From positions 1-55,765 of the forward strand of contig JAFDBA010000001.1 of NCBI GenBank assembly GCA_019313505.1: a stretch of 55,765 nt of DNA, written 5' to 3'. The notes under the pieces were generated by a model that did not search any database, was not told the origin of the DNA, and worked only from the letters and a program-made list of their open reading frames with translations. The position numbers and the translations under genes are program-made. Positions 1 through 7,831 of this stretch are shown here, piece after piece. Source of the DNA: Deltaproteobacteria bacterium. GTDB taxonomy: Bacteria; Desulfobacterota; Desulfobacteria; Desulfobacterales; UBA11574. Position 1 is the stretch's first letter. Each line of letters starts with the position of its first letter.

Positions 1-16
1 TTGAACACAGAGCAAT

Positions 17-44
17 AAAAAAAGCCGGGCAATAACCCGGCTTT
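17..44 (-). terminator. Rho-independent terminator downstream of CDS 79..489
   Basis: Stem GCCGGG (24-29) / CCCGGC (36-41) with a 6-nt loop. On the minus strand it is followed by a 7-U run (plus-strand A17-A23). Confidence 0.7.
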
Positions 45-78
45 AGTTGTTTTATAGCAATCCCTGAACTCGGCTTAA

Positions 79-489
79 TTAAAGTTCATATTTGCCTTCC
101 ATTTCAAGAATGAATTCACCCGGAACTTCTCCTGATGTGACCTTGAATGTCCCCTTGCCTTTGATGTTATCCAGCTTGCCTGTCCCTCTATAGGTTTCCC
201 ACGTGCCGGTTGTGAGTTTGCTTTCCCTGTCACGATCACCTTCAAATTTACTGTAAACCGAACCGTACTGGAAATTCGTTACCGCATAACCCTGCATGGG
301 GCCGCTGCCTCCTATGCGGTCATGGAAATTGACACTGCGGCGGGAGACGAATTCACCGGCCACACCCACCTCATAGTGAAGGGGCTCACCTTCCAATTCA
401 ACCAGCATAAGCGAATGGCCGTACTCATCATGGACATGGAGGGCTTCTCTACGTGTAACACGAACTTTGTATGTAGATTTTCGAATCAT
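79..489 (-). CDS. Hypothetical protein, 136 aa, no family recognised
   Basis: ATG at 489 is preceded by the AAAGGAG SD. The unit has its own promoter-like element (538-566) and terminator (17-44). The sequence looks beta-rich, with no motif I can name. Confidence 0.6.
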   Translation of the reverse strand: MIRKSTYKVRVTRREALHVHDEYGHSLMLVELEGEPLHYEVGVAGEFVSRRSVNFHDRIGGSGPMQGYAVTNFQYGSVYSKFEGDRDRESKLTTGTWETYRGTGKLDNIKGKGTFKVTSGEVPGEFILEMEGKYEL

Positions 490-537
490 AATTTTTCTCC
501 TTTCACTAATTTTTATTGAAAAATTAATAATAGAAAA

Positions 538-566
538 ATTTTAATCGCTAATTTCTCAATTGTCAA
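538..566 (-). promoter_or_regulatory. Sigma70-type promoter candidate for CDS 79..489
   Basis: Minus strand reads TTGACA (566-561), a 17-nt spacer, then TAAAAT (543-538), about 45 nt upstream of the ATG. Confidence 0.55.
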
Positions 567-594
567 CATTGAAATGGTCAGGACACCTCTCGTT

Positions 595-2472
595 TTAATA
601 GCTACCCAGAATTTTAAGATAATCTGTTTTTTCTTCAAGTAAATCGAATGTCGGTTTTAATGTTTCCGATCCAGCATCCGCCTCAAGGTCCACATAAAAC
701 ATGTATTCCCATGGTTTCCCATGGATGGGCCGTGATTCGAGCTTCACCAGGTTAACATGGTTTTCGGCGAATATTTTCAAAACCTCATAAAGGGCTCCCG
801 GCTGGTTTCCGGTTGAAAAAATGAGAGACGATTTTTGCCGTGGCCCTTTTTCGAGTTGATCAATACCTATGACAACAAAACGGGTGTAATTTCGCGGATT
901 TGTCTCTATTCCTTCCTCAATGACCGCCATCTCGTGCATTTCGGCGGCCTCCTTGCTTGCAATAGCTGCATCGACAGGATTAGCCGATGCGCTAATCTTT
1001 TTAACAGCTCCGGCAGTGTCCTTGACAGGTACCAGTTCCCAGCTTTCATGGCGATCAAGAAACTGACGGCATTGCTGAAAAACCATGGGGAGAGAAAATA
1101 CCCGTCCGATGGTGTCAGCCCTGGCTTCAGGATGGCCGATCAGATAATGTATAATGCGCAATGTGATTTCCCCCACAATTTTCAAATCATATTCCAGTAG
1201 AAAATCGTAGTTCTCATGTATGCTGCCCGTGAGGGAATTCTCCAAAGGCACCACACCGAAATCGACTTCCCCATCTTTTACCGCCTCGAAAATAGCCTTG
1301 AATGAAGGTGCAGGCACGGCTGCTACCTGGGTCCCAAAATACTGAGTACAGGCCTTATGACTGAAAGTGCCTATTTCACCCAAGAAAGCAGCCCTTTGTA
1401 TTCCTGTTCCGTTGGTTTTACTTAAGTGGTCGACGGCTTTAGCCTTATCCAGATAGTCAAAATCGAGTTGTTTTCCGACAACCGGTGCGATCACATAAAT
1501 GTCCCGCGTCAGTTGACCGAACTGTTTTGGGTAAAGGCTCTGGGGGCCATCGGAAAGTGCCCGATCCGGGTCATGATGCACTTCTATCATCAATCCGTCT
1601 GCACCTGCAGCAATTGCAGCCCGTGACATGGGACTGACTTTTTCACGGATACCGGTTGCATGGCTTGGATCGATAATCACCGGCAAATGGGTCAGTGTCT
1701 TAAGTACAGGGATTGCGGAAAGATCAAGAGTGTTACGGGTATAGGGTTCAAAGGTACGAATTCCCCGTTCACATAAAATAACCTTTTCATTTCCCTCCGA
1801 AAGAATATATTCGGCGGACATCAGCCATTCCTCAATAGTGGATGAAAGCCCTCTTTTTAAAACCACCGGTTTTCCGATACGACCCACGCACTTTAAAAGT
1901 TCAAAGTTCTGCATGTTGCGTGCCCCAACCTGTACGACATCTACATACTTCATCATCATGTCCGCCTGAGCGGGTGACGTTATTTCGGTAACAACACCGA
2001 GACCGGTAACTTCCCGGACTTCGGCTAAAATTTTGAGCCCCTCTTCCTGCAACCCCTGGAATGAATAAGGGGAAGTTCTCGGTTTGAAGGCGCCGCCGCG
2101 AAACAGAACAGCCCCGTATCTCCTTACCTCTCTGGCAATGGTCAGGGCCTGTTCCCTGCTCTCAACCGCACACGGTCCGGCAATAATAGTAATACGTTCT
2201 CCACCCACAACCACATCCCCAACCTGGACAAGAGTATCTTCGGTATGCAACTGTCTACTTACAAGTTTAAACGATGTGGATATTGGGATTACTTTGGCTA
2301 TGCCGGGAAGCTGTTCGAAAAAATCGGATTTTTTGCTTCCCTTGCCCACCGCTCCCAGTACGTTCTGTCCAGCCTCGGACATTTCACGAACAATATAGCC
2401 CTCACTGAACAATATGCTCCGGATATTGCTTTTTTGATCCTGCGTAATTCCCTTTTCCAGTACCAGAATCAT
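595..2472 (-). CDS. Fusion protein: N-terminal ferredoxin-like/ACT-like regulatory domain, type I-beta 3-deoxy-7-phosphoheptulonate (DAHP) synthase, prephenate dehydratase, C-terminal ACT domain (625 aa)
   Basis: DAHPS/KDO8PS-type motifs are present: [38 protein letters not shown]. After a linker comes a PDT domain ([31 protein letters not shown]) and a PheA-type ACT domain ([18 protein letters not shown]). ATG at 2472 has the AAGGAGGG SD. Confidence 0.85.
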   Translation of the reverse strand: MILVLEKGITQDQKSNIRSILFSEGYIVREMSEAGQNVLGAVGKGSKKSDFFEQLPGIAKVIPISTSFKLVSRQLHTEDTLVQVGDVVVGGERITIIAGPCAVESREQALTIAREVRRYGAVLFRGGAFKPRTSPYSFQGLQEEGLKILAEVREVTGLGVVTEITSPAQADMMMKYVDVVQVGARNMQNFELLKCVGRIGKPVVLKRGLSSTIEEWLMSAEYILSEGNEKVILCERGIRTFEPYTRNTLDLSAIPVLKTLTHLPVIIDPSHATGIREKVSPMSRAAIAAGADGLMIEVHHDPDRALSDGPQSLYPKQFGQLTRDIYVIAPVVGKQLDFDYLDKAKAVDHLSKTNGTGIQRAAFLGEIGTFSHKACTQYFGTQVAAVPAPSFKAIFEAVKDGEVDFGVVPLENSLTGSIHENYDFLLEYDLKIVGEITLRIIHYLIGHPEARADTIGRVFSLPMVFQQCRQFLDRHESWELVPVKDTAGAVKKISASANPVDAAIASKEAAEMHEMAVIEEGIETNPRNYTRFVVIGIDQLEKGPRQKSSLIFSTGNQPGALYEVLKIFAENHVNLVKLESRPIHGKPWEYMFYVDLEADAGSETLKPTFDLLEEKTDYLKILGSY

Positions 2473-2500
2473 GGTAACCCTCCTTTGAATTAAGGTAAAG

Positions 2501-2527
2501 AAACCTGGCCCAAAGGGCCAGGTTTTT
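2501..2527 (-). promoter_or_regulatory. GC-rich hairpin in the 5' UTR, about 28 nt upstream of the DAHPS-PDT start codon
   Basis: CCTGGCCC (2504-2511) / GGGCCAGG (2515-2522) with a 3-nt loop. The stem is extendable by the flanking AAA/TTT. The U tract on the minus strand is weak (UUUCUUU). Confidence 0.5.
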
Positions 2528-2546
2528 CAGGACAAAATAAACCCCA

Positions 2547-2580
2547 TAAAAAAAGCCCCGAGATTCTATTTCCCGGGGCT
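2547..2580 (-). terminator. Second terminator-like hairpin in the DAHPS-PDT leader
   Basis: Minus strand reads AGCCCCG, a 13-nt loop, CGGGGCU, then seven U. It lies 3 nt downstream of the attenuator U tract. Confidence 0.5.
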
Positions 2581-2582
2581 TT

Positions 2583-2624
2583 AAAAAATAAACCCCGGAC
2601 AGACCGGCTCTGGTCCATCCGGGG
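2583..2624 (-). terminator. Attenuator terminator of the Phe leader
   Basis: Minus strand 2624-2593 (CCCCGGAUGGACC-AGAGCC-GGUCUGUCCGGGG) folds into a 13-bp stem that includes 2 G-U pairs. It is followed by UUUAUUUUUU (2592-2583). Confidence 0.7.
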
Positions 2625-2686
2625 CGTTGTAACTTTAGGCGCTACGCAACCGGACGGACGCTTCTAAAACTAAAAAAGAAACGTCC
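2613..2686 (-). promoter_or_regulatory. Alternative pairings of a leader-peptide attenuator (1:2 hairpin and 2:3 antiterminator)
   Basis: Hairpin 1:2 pairs GGACGUUUC (2686-2678) with GAAGCGUCC (2664-2656). The antiterminator pairs GUCCGUCCGG (2659-2650) with CCGGAUGGAC (2622-2613) over 10 bp, one of them G-U. That pairing sequesters the 5' arm of the terminator and overlaps hairpin 1:2 by 4 nt. Confidence 0.55.
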
Positions 2687-2725
2687 AAAATCGTATTGAA
2701 ATCTGTTGAGATAGCGTATTAGCAT
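2642..2725 (-). CDS. Phe-rich leader peptide, 27 aa: MLIRYLNRFQYDFGRFFFSFRSVRPVA (below the ORF-track size cut-off)
   Basis: ATG at 2725, with AGGA SD at 2739-2736 (10-nt spacing) and stop TAG at 2644-2642. It contains 6 Phe and 2 Tyr codons. The run UUC UUU UUU AGU UUU spans 2680-2666. The ORF lies between a TTGACA promoter and the terminator, upstream of a Phe-pathway gene. Confidence 0.6.
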   Translation of the reverse strand: MLIRYLNRFQYDFGRFFFSFRSVRPVA

Positions 2726-2757
2726 CAAATTGGTTTCCTAATCGATATTCTTATATT

Positions 2758-2786
2758 TCTTTACTCAACTATTTTACGGCTGTCAA
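2758..2786 (-). promoter_or_regulatory. Sigma70-type promoter candidate for the leader and DAHPS-PDT transcript
   Basis: Minus strand reads TTGACA (2786-2781), a 17-nt spacer, then TAAAGA (2763-2758). This predicts a leader of about 275 nt. Confidence 0.4.
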
Positions 2787-2983
2787 GTACTGTTTTTAAA
2801 ATTAAGACCTGAACCCAGATCTAATGATCAATTGTTAACCGTTGTTTATTAACTATTATTTCCTGCACCTTGAACAGGGAACGATTTTTATATGTTATAG
2901 GCTTACATTAATTTATTGTTGCGGTTTTCACATGTTTTTGTCAAAATAACTATACGAAAATACTAAAAAAGTGAGGACATATA

Positions 2984-4012
2984 ATGAAAACCCTTGAAAT
3001 TCATGGCAGTTCAAAAAATTCAACGATACGGGTCGGCGAGAAATTGCAGAATCTGGGCAACTACATCCCTGGGGAGAATGTTGTTATTATCACCGATGTT
3101 AATGTAAAACGTTTTTATCAAAATAATTTTCCGTTACATCCCGTCATAACCATCCAAACCGGTGAGAAAATAAAAAATCTCGATACTGTCCGCAATATTT
3201 ACGGGAAACTATTAGAGCTTGGAGTTGATCGTTCAACTTTTATCATCGGAATAGGCGGAGGTATTGTCTGTGATATTACCGGTTTTGTAGCATCAACCTT
3301 TTTGCGCGGTATGAAATTCGGTTTTGTCTCCACAACCCTTCTTTCACAGGTTGATGCCAGTGTGGGTGGAAAAAACGGTGTCAATTTCAAAGGATACAAA
3401 AATATGGTCGGGGTTTTCAACCAACCCGAATTCGTCATCTGCGATCTTAATCTTTTAAGCACCCTGCCTGAAAAAGAGGTTTTATGCGGACTGGCGGAAA
3501 TTGTAAAACATGCGGCCATAGGAGATGCGGATCTGTTTCAATATCTTGAGGAAAATTATCAAAAAGCGTCAGCGCTTGATGCCGCAGTCATAGAAAGACT
3601 TGTTTATGATTCTGTCGTAATCAAGTCAGCCATTGTAAGTCAGGATGAAAAAGAAAAAGGAGAGCGCCGCAAGCTCAATTTCGGTCATACATTTGGGCAT
3701 GCTATTGAAAAAACAATAGGCGTTCGCCACGGAGAGGCTGTAAGTGCCGGTATGGTTATGGCTTCGAAACTTTCCGTTAAAAAAGGACATTTGCAGGCCA
3801 AAGATGCCCAAAGGATCAAAAATTTACTACGGGATCTTAAACTTCCCATCAGTCTTCAGGCAGACAGAAAAACGGTGCTTGACGCTTTGCGAAAGGATAA
3901 AAAACGTCAGGGAGATCTTATAAACTTTGTGTTGCTTGAAGGTATCGGCAAACCATTTGTGGATAAAATTTCCATAAATGAACTGGATAATGTACTAAAC
4001 GATTTTTATTAA
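2984..4012 (+). CDS. aroB: 3-dehydroquinate synthase
   Basis: 342 aa. It carries the typical AroB glycine-rich GIGGGIVCDITGF, the metal/substrate motifs LNFGHTFGHAIE and RHGEAV, and a GTGAGGA SD. It is transcribed divergently from the DAHPS-PDT gene. Confidence 0.9.
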   Translation: MKTLEIHGSSKNSTIRVGEKLQNLGNYIPGENVVIITDVNVKRFYQNNFPLHPVITIQTGEKIKNLDTVRNIYGKLLELGVDRSTFIIGIGGGIVCDITGFVASTFLRGMKFGFVSTTLLSQVDASVGGKNGVNFKGYKNMVGVFNQPEFVICDLNLLSTLPEKEVLCGLAEIVKHAAIGDADLFQYLEENYQKASALDAAVIERLVYDSVVIKSAIVSQDEKEKGERRKLNFGHTFGHAIEKTIGVRHGEAVSAGMVMASKLSVKKGHLQAKDAQRIKNLLRDLKLPISLQADRKTVLDALRKDKKRQGDLINFVLLEGIGKPFVDKISINELDNVLNDFY

Positions 4013-4054
4013 AACAGTGAATAGCAGTGGAATTGATAATAAAGGTAGTTAATA

Positions 4055-4666
4055 TCAAGGGAAAGTGCCCAGTTGTTTTACTCTAAGCAACCCAGGGCTG
4101 TTATGCAGGTACATCAGGGGTGAAGAATATCCCGCGTCCATGAAATAAAGTTCAAGATCATCAAAAAGGACCGGCCGGTCCGGCCAGGTATACAGCTTCT
4201 TGCGTTGTTTTAGTTCTTCCCAGGCATCTTCGGCCCATGCTTTTTTCCTGAACACCTCTTTCTTGGCCTGCTCACAGAGAAACATCTCACAAACTATCGG
4301 TTTAACACGCCATAAACAACCATTATTCCCGAGATAAATACATTTAAATCCGGTGTTGGGTTTTTGCAGCGCCTCCAGCAGGGCATTGATCTCTTCGTTG
4401 CAAGAGGCCAGTGTATTGACGACCATGTCTCCGAAAAAGGTAATGATGCCTTCACGAGAGCAGCAGGCACTGAGCTTGCTCTCGTAGCACTTTTTCGTGC
4501 ATAGATTGCTAAAATGCTCGGACAGAAAAGTATCGACTTCATCTCGGAACAACAGATAATCAGCAATTTTCACCTCGAGTACCTGTTTTTCGGATGGGGA
4601 AAGAGTCGCAAGGCAACGTTGCACCATGGTCAGCGATTCGGCCTGTTCTTGCTGGTATGAATTCAT
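4055..4666 (-). CDS. Cys-rich hypothetical protein (203 aa)
   Basis: Intact ORF with an ATG start. It has several Cys pairs (CTKKC, SACCS, NNGCLW, CEMFLCE) reminiscent of metal-chelating YkgJ-like domains, but I cannot assign the family. Confidence 0.5.
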   Translation of the reverse strand: MNSYQQEQAESLTMVQRCLATLSPSEKQVLEVKIADYLLFRDEVDTFLSEHFSNLCTKKCYESKLSACCSREGIITFFGDMVVNTLASCNEEINALLEALQKPNTGFKCIYLGNNGCLWRVKPIVCEMFLCEQAKKEVFRKKAWAEDAWEELKQRKKLYTWPDRPVLFDDLELYFMDAGYSSPLMYLHNSPGLLRVKQLGTFP

Positions 4667-4781
4667 AGTTTAGACACCGTCAAATAGTTGATAAACTCGT
4701 AAAAAGTTGACTGAAAAATGATGTCTTGTATATCCGACCGATGCGGAACTTGCAGACTTTAGACAAAGGGTTGTCTGAAGA

Positions 4782-6470
4782 CTATTTTTTACCCAAAATC
4801 TCCCTTATCTTCTCTGACAGAACCTCAATATTAAAAGGTTTCTGGATAAAATCGTTACAGCCCCGTTCGAGTATTTTTGTTGCCTGACCATTGATGCTGT
4901 GACCGCTGGACAAAAGGACGTTTATATCAGGATTCATCTTTTTTAATCTGTCATAAGTGTCGCCACCGTTCATTTCAGGCATAATCATGTCAATGATGAC
5001 TATATCAATCTTATCCTGGTTTTCCTTGTATATCTCGAGTGCATCCTTTCCGTTTCTGGCTATCGAGACATTATATCCCATTTTAGTTAACATCTCCCTG
5101 CAGCCTTCAACAACCATATCCTCATCATCTACAAGCAGTACCGTCTCGTTGCCCTTTATAATTTCTACAGGCAACTCTTTTTCTTTTTTTACTTCTTTTT
5201 TGGTGGCCGGTAGATAAATATTGAAAGTTGCACCGTAGCCCTTTTCAGAATCAACATCTATATATCCACCATGTCCCTTTATTATGCCATAAGCGGAAGA
5301 CAATCCAAGGCCTGTGCCTTTGGAAAGACCTTTTGTTGTAAAAAATGGCTCAAAGATGTGTTCTCTGGTTTCTTTGTCCATGCCTGCACCGGTATCTCTA
5401 ACCGTCAACAAAACATAGTTCCCGGGCTTTGGATTATAGGGCTTACCGGATATATCCTTATCTGTAACATTTATCGTTTTTAAAAAAAGGTCCCCTCTTT
5501 TAGGCATGGAATCTGCAGCATTAATATACAGATTCAATAGAACCTGCTCAATCTGTCCTCTGTCTGCCTCTATTCCATATAAATTATCAGAAAAATTTTG
5601 ATGAATTATGATTCCCTTTTTGGCTATTTTAAAAGTATCGGAGGTTTCTTTCAGTAATTGGTTTAGATTAATCGTCTTGACCTTATATCTGCCAACCCTC
5701 GCATATCCGGTAAGCTGACTTGCCAGCTTAGATCCATTTTCAACCTGCTTCTCAATGTTCTTTAAATATTTATAATGCTGATGATCCGAATCAATATCTA
5801 AAAGCATTATAGATATGTTTGCGATGATTCCCATAAGCAGGTTGTTAAAATTATGGGCAAAGCCGCCGGCCAGTGTACCTATAGCCTGCAATTTATGTGC
5901 TTGCTGAAGCTGTGCTTCCAGTTTGTTTTTTTCTTGAAGTGCGAGTTTTTCTTCGGTGATATCCCTTCCAATAGATTGATATTCTACCAGATGATTTTGA
6001 TCGTCAAAAAGAGCCCGGTCGGTCCATTGCTGCCATCGAATTTCCCCATCCGGTGCTATGACTTGATGTTCATATGTTATCGTAGGTCTTTTTTGATCCA
6101 GGGACATGAAATGATTTTTTACTTTGTTTTGCTCTTCCTTAAGGATAAACTGGAAAAGATTTTGCCCTATCAATTCTTCTTCTTTTTTGTTAAAATAATT
6201 ACAATAGGCACTATTGACGAAAGTTAATGTCCCATCACAACGGAACCGGCAAATCATCGCGGGCATGTCTTCTACTACTGTACGATATCTCTCCTCGTTC
6301 TCCCGCAGTTCCTCCTCGGCCTGTTTACGCCATAAAATAAGTTGTGATAACGCTTCCGTTTCTCTTAAACAAATGCTTCCGGTTTCTTTTGCAATTTTTT
6401 TATAATGTTCAATTTCTTTTCTTGCTTCTTTTAACTTTTGTTCCAATTCGATTTTTGCAAATTTTTTCAT
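4782..6470 (-). CDS. Hybrid sensor histidine kinase (coiled coil, PAS, HisKA, HATPase, C-terminal receiver)
   Basis: PAS-like region (YRTVVEDMPAMICRF ... GRDITEEK). H-box is GGFAHNFNNLL. N/G boxes are LLNLYINAADS, DTGAGMD and GTGLGLS. REC domain has VLLVDDE, IIDMIMPEMNG and FIQKPF. Confidence 0.85.
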   Translation of the reverse strand: MKKFAKIELEQKLKEARKEIEHYKKIAKETGSICLRETEALSQLILWRKQAEEELRENEERYRTVVEDMPAMICRFRCDGTLTFVNSAYCNYFNKKEEELIGQNLFQFILKEEQNKVKNHFMSLDQKRPTITYEHQVIAPDGEIRWQQWTDRALFDDQNHLVEYQSIGRDITEEKLALQEKNKLEAQLQQAHKLQAIGTLAGGFAHNFNNLLMGIIANISIMLLDIDSDHQHYKYLKNIEKQVENGSKLASQLTGYARVGRYKVKTINLNQLLKETSDTFKIAKKGIIIHQNFSDNLYGIEADRGQIEQVLLNLYINAADSMPKRGDLFLKTINVTDKDISGKPYNPKPGNYVLLTVRDTGAGMDKETREHIFEPFFTTKGLSKGTGLGLSSAYGIIKGHGGYIDVDSEKGYGATFNIYLPATKKEVKKEKELPVEIIKGNETVLLVDDEDMVVEGCREMLTKMGYNVSIARNGKDALEIYKENQDKIDIVIIDMIMPEMNGGDTYDRLKKMNPDINVLLSSGHSINGQATKILERGCNDFIQKPFNIEVLSEKIREILGKK

Positions 6471-6654
6471 GATTTCATTTACTCTTTAATTATACCTGAA
6501 GGGGTAATATTTTCAAAACCGTCTAAATCGGACTTTTTGTGAGTTTATCACTTTTGACCTTAAAATCATTGTTCACGACGCAAAATGTGTGACCAGTTAT
6601 TCTTGCATGAACTATCGGTAACCGATTGAATGTTTGGTTTGCGGGAAGGTAAGG

Positions 6655-7587
6655 CTAAGCATTGTTATCTTGATCAGAAGCTGGCTCAACAAAGAGGGAG
6701 GAAATTCTATTTCGGCCTTTGGCTTTTGAATTATACATTGCCTGGTCAGCTCTTTTAATAAATGTTGATCGTTGTTCTTTTTTAAAATATTCAGTAAGAC
6801 CTATACTTATGGTTATTGTTGAAATTTTATCGGGTTCCAGAAAAAATCTTTCTAATTCCACAGCAGTCTTTATCCTGTTGGCGACATTTTTTGCCTTTTT
6901 ACCTTTTGTTTCCGGCAGGATAACAGTAAATTCCTCTCCGCCATATCTGTAGGCGGAATCCATGTTTCTGAGGCATGACTTAATAATCTGGCTAAGCCTG
7001 ACCAGTATTTTATCACCTTCAAGATGGCCATATGAATCATTATACACTTTGAAGTTATCAATGTCCAAAAGCAAAAGTGAAAGTGAATGGCCGTAGCGAT
7101 TACTCCGGCCAATCTCGACTTCGAGCTGATTATAAAAGTGCCTTAAATTATATAGTTTTGTGAGACCGTCTGTTATTGCAAGTTCCTCTAGTTTGTCGAC
7201 TACCCGGGCACGATCTTGGAGTACTTGCCGATTTTTCAATACTTTTTTTAATCTTAGCAGCAGTTCTTCGAAACGAAAGGGTTTGAAGATAAGATCGCTG
7301 GCTCCTTTGTTTATGGCTTCCGAATAAGAATAATCGTTACTGTAACCTGTCATCACAATGACATCTATATCATGATTTTGTTTTACAAGGTCAGTGAGGT
7401 GGAGACCATCCTCGCCAGGTAGCATTATATCAGTTATTATCACATTCACACGGTTTGATTTTAACAATTCGAGCGCCTCTTCCGCACTGGAAGCCGTTAA
7501 AGAGTTATATCCTGACCTTTCTATAAATTCGTGTATCGAATCTTTTATGGCAGTATCGTCGTCGACTATTAAAATGTGTTCATCCAT
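6655..7587 (-). CDS. Response regulator with GGDEF diguanylate cyclase output
   Basis: REC domain (ILIVDDD, ITDIMLPGEDG, LIFKPF) is followed by a GGDEF domain with the active-site motif RYGGEEF. Confidence 0.85.
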   Translation of the reverse strand: MDEHILIVDDDTAIKDSIHEFIERSGYNSLTASSAEEALELLKSNRVNVIITDIMLPGEDGLHLTDLVKQNHDIDVIVMTGYSNDYSYSEAINKGASDLIFKPFRFEELLLRLKKVLKNRQVLQDRARVVDKLEELAITDGLTKLYNLRHFYNQLEVEIGRSNRYGHSLSLLLLDIDNFKVYNDSYGHLEGDKILVRLSQIIKSCLRNMDSAYRYGGEEFTVILPETKGKKAKNVANRIKTAVELERFFLEPDKISTITISIGLTEYFKKEQRSTFIKRADQAMYNSKAKGRNRISSLFVEPASDQDNNA

Positions 7588-7831
7588 TTCTTTTGTATCC
7601 GCCCAATTTCTTTTTATAGGAATATATGTTATTTTTTCGTGAGTCCTAGTACCGGGGTTGACATATTTAATAACAATTTGATAAAAGACGTCTTCTTTGC
7701 TTTAATTTATCGAAAATCGTCGCAGAACCGCAGTATGGTCCTGTTAAAAACTAATATTGTAACTTTAAATCCAGATTGTGTCAACAGACTTTTGATTTCC
7801 GCAGCTGTACAAAGAGGTATTATTAACTATA

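Noticed and set aside
2490-2618. 42-codon minus-strand ORF (MDQSRSVRGLFFKAPGNRISGLFLWGLFCPEKPGPLGQVSLP) running through the three leader hairpins, as a possible leader peptide.
   Set aside because: There is no SD. The ATG is buried in the terminator stem. Its Phe codons are simply the terminator U tracts read in frame. The upstream 27-codon ORF fits attenuator logic far better.
2583-2760. T-box riboswitch as an explanation for the long aro leader.
   Set aside because: The best match to the T-box core (GGGUGGUACCGCG) is GGAUGGACCAGAG, which matches in only about 8 of 13 positions. I could find no Stem I / specifier-loop / GA-motif architecture.
4698-4707. Recurring intergenic 10-mer CGTAAAAAGT (4698, 11495, 15720) and the similar GATAAACTC..AAAAAGT pair (4691 versus reverse complement near 6528-6560).
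   Set aside because: These are short A-rich words in AT-rich spacers with no shared flanks, phasing or consistent position relative to genes. Three hits of an A-rich 10-mer are not compelling without a genome-wide count.
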